This document shows positions 10,776-21,280 of a stretch of DNA of 64,000 bases, in pieces (position 1 is the first letter of the stretch; each line of letters starts with the position of its first letter). The position numbers were made by a program, and so were the translations under genes. The stretch spans positions 158,799-222,798 of the forward strand of contig CAVXRV010000002.1 of NCBI GenBank assembly GCA_963764275.1. The letters are read 5' to 3'. This DNA is from an uncultured Solirubrobacterales bacterium. Lineage in GTDB: Bacteria; Actinomycetota; Thermoleophilia; Solirubrobacterales; 70-9. The notes under the pieces were generated by a model, which saw nothing but the letters and a program-made list of their open reading frames with translations, was not told the origin of the DNA and did not search any database.

Positions 10776-11813
10776 GCGCCGCGCCGGGCGAACGAGCCGA
10801 TCCTGACCGTCGAAGATCTGCGCGTCTGGTACGGCACGGGCGATCGCCCCGTGCGCGCGGTGGACGGCGTCTCGTTCCAGATCGGAGCGGGGGAGACGCT
10901 CGGCCTCGTCGGCGAGTCGGGCTGCGGCAAGTCGACGCTCGGCCGCGGCGTCCTCGGCCTGCTGCCCGCCATGGCCGCGGTCCGCGGCTCGGTCCACTAC
11001 GGCGGCAACGAGCTCGTCGGCCGCAGCCAGGCGGAGATGCGCGACATGCGCGGGCCGGAGCTGGGCCTGATCTTCCAGGAGCCGATGACGCGACTCGACC
11101 CGCTGCAGACGATCGAGTCGCACTTCCGCGAGGCGCTGCGCACGCACGCGCCGGAGATGGACAAGGACGAGGTCCGCCGGCGCTCGCTCGAAGCGCTGGC
11201 CGGCATGGGCATCCCCCGGACCCGCTTCACGCAGTACCCGCACGAGTTCAGCGGCGGCATGCGGCAGCGGATCATGATCGCGCTGGCGCTCGTGCTCGAG
11301 CCCAAGGTCCTGATCGCCGACGAGCCGACGACCGCCCTCGACGTGATCGTCGAGGCGCAGATCCTCGGCATCCTCGCCGACCTGCGGCGCAATTTCGACA
11401 CGGCGGTGCTGCTGATCACGCACAACCTGGGGATCGTCGCCGAGGCCTGCGACCGCGTCGCGGTCATGTACGCGGGGCGGATCGTCGAGGAGGGCGACGC
11501 GCGCCAGGTCTTCTCCGAGCCCGCGCATCCGTACACGCGCGAGCTCCTGCGCGCGACGATCTCGCTCGAGACGACCGGCCTCAACTACATCCCCGGCGCC
11601 CCGCCGAGCCTCAAGGACCCGCCGGCGGGCTGCCGCTTCCACCCCCGCTGCCCGGACGCGATGCAGGTTTGCGCCGAGCGCTTCCCGATCGAGGTCCGCG
11701 CGGCCGGTGGCCAGCGGACGGAGTGCTGGCTGCATGGGCCCGATGCCGAGCTCGGGGAGGCCGACCGCAAGCCGCTCGAGCGCGGCGAGATCCTCGAGGC
11801 GGAGGAAGCGTGA
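10772..11813 (+). CDS. ABC transporter ATP-binding protein (DppD/OppD-like), probable indel just after the start
   Basis: Walker [10 protein letters not shown], signature FSGGMRQR, Walker [12 protein letters not shown] and the oligopeptide C-terminal CRFHPRCP motif are all present. The conserved N-terminus [13 protein letters not shown] has no in-frame start. GTG 10772 (GTGA overlap with the permease stop) is one frame off, implying an indel near 10790-10800. Confidence 0.85.
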
Positions 11814-13162
11814 GCGAGGCGGTCACAGACGGTCCGGGCGCCGTGCCGGCCCCGGTCGTGCTCGAGGTCCGGGATCTGTGCACGACCTACTCGGTGCGGG
11901 GCTCGTTCTGGGATCGGATCCGCGACCGCGAGGCGGGGGCGGTGCGCGCGGTCGACGGCGTCTCGCTCGATCTCCACAAGGGCGAGGTGCTCGGCGTCGT
12001 CGGCGAGTCGGGCTCGGGGAAGACGACGCTCGGGCGGACCCTGCTCGGCCTCGTCGAGGCGAGCTCCGGATCGATCAAGCTCGAGGGGCGGGAGATCTCG
12101 AGTCACTCCGAGTCGGAGCTGCGGACGCTGCGCCGTCGCCTGCAGATCGTCTTCCAGGACCCGCACGCCTCCCTGAACCCGGCGATGACGGTCGGGGCGC
12201 TCGTCGCCGATCCGCTCCGGTTCCACAAGCTCGCATCGGGCCGCGAGGAGCTGCGCCGCCGCGCGGCGGCGGCGCTCGAGCGCGTCGGGCTGACGCCGGC
12301 GGAGGAGTTCCTCGACAAGTACCCGGCCGACCTCTCCGGCGGGCAGAAGCAGCGGGCCGTGATCGCCCGGGCGATCATCCTCGAGCCCGACGTGCTGGTC
12401 GCCGATGAGCCGGTCTCCATGCTGGACATGAGCGTCCGGGCGAAGATCCTCGAGTTGATGCTGGAGCTCAAGGAAGAGCTCGATCTCACCTACGTCTACA
12501 TCACCCACGACCTCGCGACGGCGAAGTTCTTCTGCGACCGGATCGCGATCATGTACCTGGGCCGGATCGTCGAGATCGGCCCCGCCGAGCAGATCTACGC
12601 GAGTCCCGCCCACCCGTACACGGCGGCGCTCCTGCGCGCGATCCCCGAGCCGGATCCACGGCGCGCGGTGCCACGGGATCTGCCGCGCGGCGAGGTGCCG
12701 GACGCGGTCGTGCCACCGCTCGGCTGCTCGTTCCATCCCCGCTGCCCGCGCGCCTTCGGCTCCTGCGGGTGGGAGGGCCGCGACCTGCGCATGCTGCTCG
12801 AGACGCGCTGGAACGAGCTCGACGAGACGGCCTACGAGTCCGAGCGCGCGGTCGTCGGCGACCTCGCGGTCCTCGACGTGCCGGAGACGGAGGTGCTGGT
12901 GCCGGCGGCCGAGGGCGCGCGCGGGGAGGGGGTCGCCGGGATCCTGGAGAAGCTGCGCGCGGCCGAGCCCGACGACCCGTTCTGGAGCGGGGTGGAGGCC
13001 ACCGAGGTGGAGGCGGACGGCGTCCGTGTGCGCTTCCGCGAGCCGATCGTCCCCCGCGAGCTCGAGGTTGGACCCTCGCGCGTGCGCTGCCACCTGCACG
13101 ATGCCGAGGTTCCCGGCTCGCCCGCGGCGGAAGGCGGCGGGGGCGGCCCGCCGCGGGGTTGA
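11810..13162 (+). CDS. ABC transporter ATP-binding protein (DppF/OppF-like) with ~130-aa C-terminal extension
   Basis: GTG 11810 overlaps the upstream stop. Walker A GESGSGKTT, signature LSGGQKQR, Walker B LVADEPVSMLD and CSFHPRCP are present. These are followed by an extra acidic region (12760-13162) that I do not recognise. Confidence 0.9.
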   Translation: MSEAVTDGPGAVPAPVVLEVRDLCTTYSVRGSFWDRIRDREAGAVRAVDGVSLDLHKGEVLGVVGESGSGKTTLGRTLLGLVEASSGSIKLEGREISSHSESELRTLRRRLQIVFQDPHASLNPAMTVGALVADPLRFHKLASGREELRRRAAAALERVGLTPAEEFLDKYPADLSGGQKQRAVIARAIILEPDVLVADEPVSMLDMSVRAKILELMLELKEELDLTYVYITHDLATAKFFCDRIAIMYLGRIVEIGPAEQIYASPAHPYTAALLRAIPEPDPRRAVPRDLPRGEVPDAVVPPLGCSFHPRCPRAFGSCGWEGRDLRMLLETRWNELDETAYESERAVVGDLAVLDVPETEVLVPAAEGARGEGVAGILEKLRAAEPDDPFWSGVEATEVEADGVRVRFREPIVPRELEVGPSRVRCHLHDAEVPGSPAAEGGGGGPPRG

Positions 13163-13252
13163 GACGGGCCGGCGGCTCGCTCGCGACAGCGTGGGGGACC
13201 CTCGAGCTCATCACCGCTGCCACCGGCGTGGAGTTCGCATAGGCTCAGCCGC

Positions 13253-14443
13253 ATGAGCGCCACCGAGCAGCGAGCCGAGCCCGTCATCCCCCTCGTCCCC
13301 TCCGATGAGGAGCGGTTGCTGCGCGAGGCCGTGAGCGGCATCGCGGCCGGCTACGGGCCGAAGTACATGGTCGAGCGGGCCGACGCCGGCGAGCCGCCGA
13401 CCGAGCTCTGGGACGCGCTCGCCGAAAAGGGCTACTGCGGCGTCAACCTGCCCGAGGAGTTCGGCGGCGGCGGGCTCGGGATGACCGGGCTGGCAGCCGT
13501 GCAGGAGGAGCTGGCGCTGCAGGGGTGCACGCAGCTGTTGCTGGTCGTCTCCCCGGCGATCGCCGGCTCGATCCTCGTCGCGCGCGGCACGCGGGAGCAG
13601 CAGGAGGAGTGGCTGCCCGGGCTGGCGCGCGGCACGACGCGGATCTCGTTCGCCGTGACCGAGCCGGACGCCGGGACCAACACTCACAACCTGAAGACGC
13701 GGGCGCGCCGCGGCGCCGACGGCAAGTGGGTGCTGAAGGGCCAGAAGACCTACATCTCCGGCGTCGAGCACGCGACGCACATCCTGATCGTCGCCCGCGA
13801 GGAGCTCGAGGGCGGCGACCTCGGGCTGCCGCTGCTGTTCATCGTCGACGTCGACGCCGAGGGTCTGACGCGGGAGGCGATCCCGATGGCCCTGCGGCTG
13901 CCCGACAAGCAGTGGACGCTCTACATCGACGGGATCGAATGCGGCGAGGAGCGCATGCTCGGCGGCACCACAGGCGGCCTCGGGGCGCTCTTCGACGGCC
14001 TCAACCCGGAGCGGATCATGGCCGCCGCGGGGGCTGTCGGTGCCGGCGATCGCGCGCTCCGTCTGGGCGCCGCCTACGCCCGCGAGCGCGAGGTCTGGGG
14101 CAAGCCGATCGGCACCCATCAGGGCCTCAGCCACCCGCTCGCCGAGTGCAAGGTCGAGCTCGAGCTGGCGCGGCTGATGACCCGCAAGGCCTGCGCGCTG
14201 TACGACGCCGGCTTCAAGGGCGCGGGGGAGAGCTCGAACATGGCCAAGTACGCGGCTGCCGAGGCGGGGGCCCGGTGCGTCGACCAGGCGATCCAGACCC
14301 ACGGCGGCAACGGGGTCGCGCTCGAGTACGGGCTCACCGACATGTGGTGGGGAGCGCGGCTGAACAAGATCGCTCCCGTCAGCCGGGAGATGATCCTCAA
14401 CTACGTCGCCGAGCACTCGCTCGGCTTGCCGAAGAGCTACTGA
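13253..14443 (+). CDS. acyl-CoA dehydrogenase family protein
   Basis: Intact 396-aa ORF with typical ACAD segments: FAVTEPDAGTN, KGQKTYISG, YAREREVWGKPIGTHQGLSHPLAE, QTHGGNG, EMILNYV. Confidence 0.9.
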   Translation: MSATEQRAEPVIPLVPSDEERLLREAVSGIAAGYGPKYMVERADAGEPPTELWDALAEKGYCGVNLPEEFGGGGLGMTGLAAVQEELALQGCTQLLLVVSPAIAGSILVARGTREQQEEWLPGLARGTTRISFAVTEPDAGTNTHNLKTRARRGADGKWVLKGQKTYISGVEHATHILIVAREELEGGDLGLPLLFIVDVDAEGLTREAIPMALRLPDKQWTLYIDGIECGEERMLGGTTGGLGALFDGLNPERIMAAAGAVGAGDRALRLGAAYAREREVWGKPIGTHQGLSHPLAECKVELELARLMTRKACALYDAGFKGAGESSNMAKYAAAEAGARCVDQAIQTHGGNGVALEYGLTDMWWGARLNKIAPVSREMILNYVAEHSLGLPKSY

Positions 14444-14501
14444 GCGGCGGCGCCCCGGCTCCGCAGCCGGCTCGCCCTCGCCCCGAACGCGGCCCCGCGG
14501 C

Positions 14502-17295
14502 TCAGCGGTGGCCGCGGAGCTCGATGATCTGGTGGTAGGTGCCGCGGTTCTGCCACGGGAAGGCGGGCGTCTCGACGGCGCCGGCGTGTTAGCGGCTGGA
14601 TGTCGTCGCAGCCGCTGTCGCAGATCGCCTGCACCTGCCACTTCGCCGGGTCGGCGCAGCCCTGCTCGGCGGAGACCTTCCGGGAGGCCTGCCGCAGGGT
14701 CGTGAGCAGCACCTCGCGGCACGCCCCGGCGCACCTGCCGCCGCGCGCGGCGGCCGTGGCGGCTCGTGGCGCGGGCCCGCCGCAGTAGATCTCCGAGCAT
14801 GCGGCCGTCGCGAATCGGCGCCGCCCTTGCCGAGCACGTTGCGCAGGTCCTTCTGCACCGCGCTCGCCCAGTCCCAGCCGAAGTCGCCATTGAGCGAGAG
14901 CACGTGGTCGCGTGACGCTGCCGAAGAGATCGGTGCCGAGCGCCGGCTCGAACTCGGCGTTGACGAAGCTCGGCCACCAGGCGTCCATCAGCGCCACCGC
15001 CGTCGGAGTGCTCGTAGACGTTGTCGCCGTTGCGGTCGAGGCGGTTCGAACCCCGAGCTGGTGCCACGCACTGCAGGATGCCCACGAGCTGCTTGGTCGC
15101 CGGCCGTCGCGCTCGGCCGATCACGCGCCGCATCCACGGGAAGACGTCCTCGCCGCGCAGGTCGGTGGTCGCCGCGAGGTTGACCGCGCGCGTCAGCGCC
15201 GGTGAGGTCGACCTTGTTCCCGTGGCGGCGCGGCCTGGTCGAAGAGGCGGCGCTGGAGGATCAGCGCGCGGTGGACGGGGCCGTTTGTCCACTCGCTCGG
15301 ACCCTTGCGCCAGCCCGTGCGCCTCCTTGTTGTTCCAGGAGATGATGTAGCCGTCCTTGGGGTCGATCGCCCGCGGGCGGTGCGAGGCGGGACCTGCGCG
15401 GAACGTGTAGGTGTCGGGGTCGAAGCGCTGCCAGTCGCGCGCTGCCGTCGCCCCAGTAGGGAAGGTCGACGTCGGTGCCGGCGTGCGTGCCGCGGGTAGC
15501 GGCCCGACTGGATGAAGGCGACGTGGCGGTCGTCGACGTAGAACCAGTTCTCGGTCCCCGGGAACTGACCCATGATCCGCATGAACGAATGCTCGCCCCG
15601 GTCGGCCTTGTTCTCGGCCAGCTGCATGAACGGGATCACCGCGTCGAGCTCGTGGAAGTCGACCCCCTTCGCCTTCGTCAGCGCCACGGGCCGGCCGTGC
15701 ACGGTCGCGAACTTGAAGACCGGGCCGTGGACGGAGCGCATCGTCCGGTAGGTGATCGTCTGCGGGGGCGAGGGGTCGAGTGGCGAGACCGGCGTGGTCA
15801 CGCTCTGATCGCGCAGATGAACGGGATGCAGTGGCCGTTGTACATGTAGTGGGTGCTGTCGAAGCTGGGCTTCGAGCCGTCGCGCTCGCAGAGCTTCTCG
15901 ACGAAGGTGTCCTCGTTGTCGCCGTTCGCCGACGTGCCGCTCCAGGCGAAGTCGATCCCGTGTCCAATCAACGGAAACGGGCTCGCGCCGGGAAAGCTCA
16001 CGCCCTCGACGTTGATGCCGCCGCCGTGCAGCTCGTACTCGCTGAAGATCTGGGGCGAGTAGTAGCTCACCTGCGGGCCCATCGCCGCCAGCGCGTGCGC
16101 GGCCTGCGGCGAGCTTGCGCGTGACCATCACCGCGTTCGACTCGACCGGGGCAGCGAGGCGCTTGAGGCCGATCAGCGACTGCCCCAGTCGGGCAGCCGC
16201 GAGGCGTCGGCGCGCTGCTGGGAGGCCGAGGGCCCTGCGACGATCGCGTTCGCGATCGACGAGCGAGTCCGGGTCGATCTGCGCGTTGAGCCCGGTTGCG
16301 CGGCTGCCCGGGGCGGTCGGAGAGGAACGGGCCGCTTGGCGACCACGAACGCCTCGGGGTCCTCGGCCTCGCGCAAGTCGTGGTAGGGCGGTGCCAGCGC
16401 TTGCCGAACCGCTGCTTGAAGCCCTGCTGGAGGACCGAGTTGACCTCCTCGGAGCCGTTGGAGACCGTGAACTGGGTCACGAGCAGGACCGCCATCGCCG
16501 CCGTGTCGGAGACGTCCCACTTGCGCGGCGTCGTGCCCAGCGCCGCGTACTCGGCGGGCATCTTGGTCGGGTTCGGTCTTCGCCTCGTCGATATAGGCGT
16601 TGATCCCGGCGATGTAGTCGAGGAGGTCGGCGTGCGCCTGCTCGCCCTCGGCGCCGAAGCGCTTCGGCGAGCGCGTTGAACTGCCGCCGTCAGCTCGTGG
16701 TCGGAGAAGTCCTGGTCGGTGAGCTGGTGCGGCGTCGTCGCCGGCGGCGCTCGGCGCCGAGCAGCCCGGCGAGCGTGCCCTTGGCCGTGCGGCGCAGCGC
16801 GTCCATCAGGAAGAGCCGCTCCTCGGCCGTCGCGTAGCCGGCGCCGAACATGACGTCGTCGCGGTTGTCGCCGTAGATGTGGGCCATGCTCGAAGCGTGC
16901 CGTCGCGGTAGATGCGGACGCCCGGCTGCGGCGCTCGTGAGGCCGCCGACGCCGCCGGGCATCGAGCCGAAGTTCGTGTCCTTGTAGTAGGTGTCGAGGT
17001 GCCTGGGGTCGAGCCGGGCGCGGCCTGCGGCATGATCCCGACGTAGAGCGGCTGCTGGTCGACGAAGCTGGCCGGCGGGATTGCCGGTTGCCTCGTAGGC
17101 GGCGAGGTCGGCGGCGTTGACGGTCTGCCCCTCGCCGTCCGCGAGGACGGAGCGGAAGTCGCCGAACAGGGGGCCGTGGTAGGTGGGCGGCGCCTGGGCG
17201 CTGGCCGTGGCAGCGTCGACGGCGCCGAGCAGCAGGAGGGCGGCGATGACCGCTCCCGCCCGCCGCAGGGATCGCTTGCCGCTGAGAAGCTCCAT
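14502..17295 (-). pseudogene. penicillin acylase (S45 Ntn-hydrolase) family gene, many frame changes as written
   Basis: The signal peptide and N-terminal domain are in ORF 16690..17295 (MAHIYGDNRDDVMFGAGYATAEERLFLMD). Further family-typical pieces are scattered over ORFs 16067..17311, 15798..16082 (YYSPQIFSEYELHGGGINVEGVSFPGASPFPLIGHG), 15193..16131, 13211..15967 and 14437..14997. The last frame ends AFPWQNRGTYHQIIELRGHR with a stop at 14502. Confidence 0.8.
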
Positions 17296-17367
17296 GCCTC
17301 GTTACGAACATAACGAGGCGCGGGGCCGCAGGCGACGGTTCTCGGCCGGGAGGAATAGCCTCGCCGC

Positions 17368-17898
17368 GTGAGCCTGCTCGACCACATCAACGAGATCCCG
17401 GACTGGCCCGCGCCGGGGATCCTGTTCCGCGACATGAACCCGATCTACCGGGATCCGGCGCTCATGGAAGAGGCCGCGGACGCGGTCGCATCCGTCGCGC
17501 GAACGCTCGGGGGCGGCGGCTTCGACCTCGTCGTCGCCCCCGAGGCGCGCGGGTTCATCCTCGGCCCGATGCTCGCGCTCGAGCTCGGCGCCGGCTTCGT
17601 CCCGGTTCGCAAGCCGCAGAAGCTGCCACCGCCGGTGCACAGCCACGAGTACGAGCTCGAGTACGGTCTCGACAGCCTCGAGATCCAGGCGCATCCATTC
17701 GCCGGCGCCGGCCGCGTGCTGATCTACGACGACCTGCTCGCCACGGGGGGCACGGCGACGGCGACGGCGCGACTCGTGGAGGCGCTCGACGGCGTCCCCT
17801 CGGCCTTCGCCTTCCTCGTCGAGCTCGAGGGCGTCGGCGGCCGCGAGCGGCTTGCGAGCGAGACCGGCCTGCCGGTCGGCGCGGCGCTTCAGACCTGA
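17368..17898 (+). CDS. apt: adenine phosphoribosyltransferase
   Basis: Intact 176-aa ORF. It carries GILFRDMNPIYRDP, EARGFILGP and the PRPP-binding loop VLIYDDLLATGGTA. Confidence 0.9.
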   Translation: MSLLDHINEIPDWPAPGILFRDMNPIYRDPALMEEAADAVASVARTLGGGGFDLVVAPEARGFILGPMLALELGAGFVPVRKPQKLPPPVHSHEYELEYGLDSLEIQAHPFAGAGRVLIYDDLLATGGTATATARLVEALDGVPSAFAFLVELEGVGGRERLASETGLPVGAALQT

Positions 17899-17974
17899 GG
17901 GGCGCACGCGCGCGCCGAGCACGGCCGCCGGCCCTGACGATCCCTTTCGGGTCCCGGCGAATACGATCCGAGCC

Positions 17975-18889
17975 GTGATCAGCCCCGAAGAGGCGATCGA
18001 GCGGATCTCAGCGCGCTTCGGCGTGCACAGCGGTCGCCGGGCCCTGCACGCGCGCGGCATCATCTGCGCCGGAACGTTCGTCGCCACTCCCGAAGCCGCT
18101 GCGATGACCTCGGCGCCGCACATGCAGGGGGAGCGGGTCGGCGTGATCGTCCGCTTCTCGAACGGCAGTGGCAACCCCGACGAGCCCGACAGGGCTCCCG
18201 ACGTCCGCGGCCTCGCCGTCCGCTTCGAGCTTCCCGGCGGTGGCCGCACCGACCTGCTCGCGCAGAACGCGCCGCGCTTCCCGGTCTCGACGCCCGACGC
18301 CTTCATCGCGCTGCTCGGCGCGACGGAGCGGGGGCTGGGGATGATCCGCAAGCTGCCGCTCTTCCTGCTCCGGAACCCGTCCGTCGCCGCCGCCCTGCGC
18401 GCGAACGCGAGCGCGCTGCGACCGCCCCGCAGCTACGCGGATCCGAGCTACTTCGCCGTCCACGCCTACCGCTGGCGCTCGGACGATGGCGGTGCTCGCT
18501 GGGTCCGCTACTCGTTCGTGCCGCTGACGGCGGGAGCGGCCCTCGAGCAGGACCGCGCGGCGCCCGAGTATCTGAGCGACGAGCTGCGCGCGCGCCTGCA
18601 GGGAGGGGGAACCATCGCCTTCGACCTCGAGCTCGCGGTCGCCGGTCCCGGGGACGATCCTCATGACCCGAGCGCGGTCTGGAAGCAGCCGCAGCGGGTG
18701 ATCGCCGGCAGACTGCAGATCGAATCGGTGCTCGAGGGACGCGAGGCGACGATCTTCGACCCGATGCGGCTCTGCGACGGGATCGATGCTTCCGAGGACC
18801 CGGTTCTACATTTCCGGCCGCGCGCCTACGCGCTCAGCTACGCCCGGCGCAGCGGCGACGAGACGGCGCCACCGCCGTGGGCGCGCTGA
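17975..18889 (+). CDS. catalase-related haem protein (SrpA-like catalase family)
   Basis: GTG 17975 lies within track ORF 17852..18889. RALHARGIICAGTFVATPEAA, VRFSNGSGNPDEPDRAPDVRGLAVRF and the distal FDPMRL region match the short catalase-related family. Confidence 0.75.
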   Translation: MISPEEAIERISARFGVHSGRRALHARGIICAGTFVATPEAAAMTSAPHMQGERVGVIVRFSNGSGNPDEPDRAPDVRGLAVRFELPGGGRTDLLAQNAPRFPVSTPDAFIALLGATERGLGMIRKLPLFLLRNPSVAAALRANASALRPPRSYADPSYFAVHAYRWRSDDGGARWVRYSFVPLTAGAALEQDRAAPEYLSDELRARLQGGGTIAFDLELAVAGPGDDPHDPSAVWKQPQRVIAGRLQIESVLEGREATIFDPMRLCDGIDASEDPVLHFRPRAYALSYARRSGDETAPPPWAR

Positions 18890-18964
18890 GCGTGGCAGCG
18901 CGTCGCGTCCAGGTGCACGCGCCGTTCGCGCGCGCGACCGAGCCTCCCCTGACGATGTAGCCCC

Positions 18965-20263
18965 ATGGCCGGGGTGCAGACGGCATCGGAGGCCATCGAT
19001 CGATCCGCGTCGGCGGGGACGGCGGACGTCGCTGCGATGCGGGTGGTCTGGCGCGCCTTCTGGGGCTCGCGGGCGCTCGTCTGGCTCGCCGGCCTCGCGG
19101 CGCTGGCACTGTTCGGCGTCGCTCCGCACTCGTCCCTGCACCTGGATCCGCTCGGGCTCACCGAGCCGTTCGGCTCGCACGCCCTCGACACGCTGCTGGC
19201 GCCGGCGCTGCGTTGGGACGCGGCTCACTACCTGCGGATCGCGGCCTACGGCTACACAAGCGGCCCCGAGACCGCGTTCTTCCCGCTCTATCCCCTGCTG
19301 ATGGCCTCCGGAGGGCCGGGCGTCGGGAGCCTCGCCTTCGGGCTCGGGCTGTCGCTCGGGGCGGCGCTCGGTGGCCTGCTCCTCCTGCACCGTCTCGTCC
19401 GCATCGACTTCGGGCCGCGGGTGGCCGCGGCGACGATCTCGATCGTCGCCTGGTTCCCGGGCTCGCTTGCCCTCTCCGGCGTCTACACGGAGTCGCTCTT
19501 CCTGCTCCTGTCGGTCGGCTCGGTCTACTTCGCCCGCTCGGGCGGCTGGGCGCGCGCCGGGATGCTCGGGGCACTGGCCGCGGCGACGCGGAGCGCCGGG
19601 ATCCTGCTCGTCGTGCCGCTGCTGCTGGTCTACGGATGGGGCCCCCGGGCGGATCGGGAGGAGGGGAGCCCGGATGCAGTAGCGCGACGGTCCGGGCGTC
19701 GCTACCGGCTCGATCGGTCGGTGCTGTGGATCGCGCTCGTCCCGCTCGGCCTGATCGCCTACTCGCTGTACCTCAACCACATCCGCGGCGAGCCGCTCGG
19801 CTTCGTCGGCGCGCAGGGCGGCTGGGACAGGGTCGTGGCTCCGCTCGCCGGCATCCCGATGGCCGCCTGGAAGGCTCTTCAAGGCCTGACGGGGTTTCTG
19901 CCCGGCGTCGGTCCCGACAGCCCGCTGGCGCCGAGCGGTCCCCTCGTGGGTCTTCGCAACACCGCCCTGCTCGGCTTCCTCCTGCTCGCGCTGTGGCTGC
20001 TGCGCGAGTCATGGCGGCGGCTGCCCGCCGCCTACACGGCCTATGCCGCCGTCGCTCTGGCGCTGCCGCTCTCGGCGCCGGCGGCCGACGAGCCCCTCGA
20101 GTCGCTGCCGCGGTTCATGGTCGTGATCTTCCCGCTCTGGATCGCGCTCGCCCTGTGGGCCCTGGAGCGGGAGCGCAGCCGGATGCGCTGGATCCTGGGT
20201 GGCTTCGCCGTCCTGCTCGCCGGCTTCGCCGGGCTGTTCACGACCTGGGCGCAGGCGCCCTGA
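18965..20263 (+). CDS. polytopic membrane glycosyltransferase, PIG-V-like mannosyltransferase family
   Basis: Intact 432-aa ORF with many TM helices. LRWDAAHYLRIAAYGYTSGPETAFFPLYPLL is the signature region I associate with PIG-V / GT-C mannosyltransferases. Confidence 0.6.
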   Translation: MAGVQTASEAIDRSASAGTADVAAMRVVWRAFWGSRALVWLAGLAALALFGVAPHSSLHLDPLGLTEPFGSHALDTLLAPALRWDAAHYLRIAAYGYTSGPETAFFPLYPLLMASGGPGVGSLAFGLGLSLGAALGGLLLLHRLVRIDFGPRVAAATISIVAWFPGSLALSGVYTESLFLLLSVGSVYFARSGGWARAGMLGALAAATRSAGILLVVPLLLVYGWGPRADREEGSPDAVARRSGRRYRLDRSVLWIALVPLGLIAYSLYLNHIRGEPLGFVGAQGGWDRVVAPLAGIPMAAWKALQGLTGFLPGVGPDSPLAPSGPLVGLRNTALLGFLLLALWLLRESWRRLPAAYTAYAAVALALPLSAPAADEPLESLPRFMVVIFPLWIALALWALERERSRMRWILGGFAVLLAGFAGLFTTWAQAP

Positions 20264-20351
20264 CGCGGCCGGGGCCCGCGCCCCGCCGCGGGTGGGCGGT
20301 CCTCCCGGATACGGTTCGTCTCCGGACCCCTACCCCGGAGGAGCACCACAG

Positions 20352-21188
20352 ATGCCAGCAGACGGAGTCGGACTCGCCGGCAGGACGATCCTCATGTCCG
20401 GCGGCAGCCGCGGCATCGGCCTCGCGATCGCCGTCCGCGCCGCGCGCGACGGCGCCAACGTGGCGCTGATGGCGAAGACCGATCAGCCGCACCGGAGGCT
20501 GCCCGGCACGATCCACACTGCCGTCGCAGAGATCGAGGCGGCCGGCGGCAAGGGACTGGCGATCGTCGGCGACGTCCGCGAGGACGATGCGATCGACGAG
20601 GCCGTCTCGCGCACGGTCGAGACGTTCGGCGGGATCGACATCTGCGTCAACAACGCCTCCGCGATCAACATCGCGAAGACCCCGGACCTCGATCCCAAGC
20701 GCTATGACCTGATGCAGGACATCAACACCCGCGGGACGTTCATGCTCAGCCGCGCCTGCATCCCGCACCTGGCCGAGAGCGACAACGCCCACATCCTCAC
20801 GCTGAGCCCGCCGCTCAACCTCGATCCGAAGTGGGCGGGCGGTCAGCTCGGCTACACGATCGCCAAGTACGGGATGAGCCTCTGCACGCTCGGGCTGGCC
20901 GAGGAGCTCCGCGACCGCGGGATCGCCGCCAACTCGCTGTGGCCGCGGACCCTGATCGCGACCGCCGCCGTCCAGAACCTGCTCGGCGGCGAGGAGGCCA
21001 TGAACCGCTCGCGGACGCCGGAGATCGTCGCCGACGCCGCGCACGCGATCCTGACCCGGCCGGCGCGCGAGTGCAGCGGCAACTTCTTCATCGACGACGA
21101 GGTCCTGGCGGAGGAGGGCATCACCGACCTCGATCGCTACCGGGCGGGCAGCGGCGAGCCGGTCGTCGACCTCTTCCTCGACGGCTGA
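20352..21188 (+). CDS. SDR family NAD(P)-dependent oxidoreductase (HSDL2-like)
   Basis: ATG 20352 follows CCGGAGGAGC. The cofactor motif SGGSRGIGLAIA, NNASA and the YTIAKYG catalytic Tyr-x3-Lys are present. Confidence 0.9.
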   Translation: MPADGVGLAGRTILMSGGSRGIGLAIAVRAARDGANVALMAKTDQPHRRLPGTIHTAVAEIEAAGGKGLAIVGDVREDDAIDEAVSRTVETFGGIDICVNNASAINIAKTPDLDPKRYDLMQDINTRGTFMLSRACIPHLAESDNAHILTLSPPLNLDPKWAGGQLGYTIAKYGMSLCTLGLAEELRDRGIAANSLWPRTLIATAAVQNLLGGEEAMNRSRTPEIVADAAHAILTRPARECSGNFFIDDEVLAEEGITDLDRYRAGSGEPVVDLFLDG

Positions 21189-21280
21189 GGGCCGGCGCGG
21201 CGGGCCGCGCGAGCCCGGCCCGCTGGACGGCCCTGGTAGCTTTTTCCGCACTTCACGGGGAAGTCGAACGAGGAGGAGAG

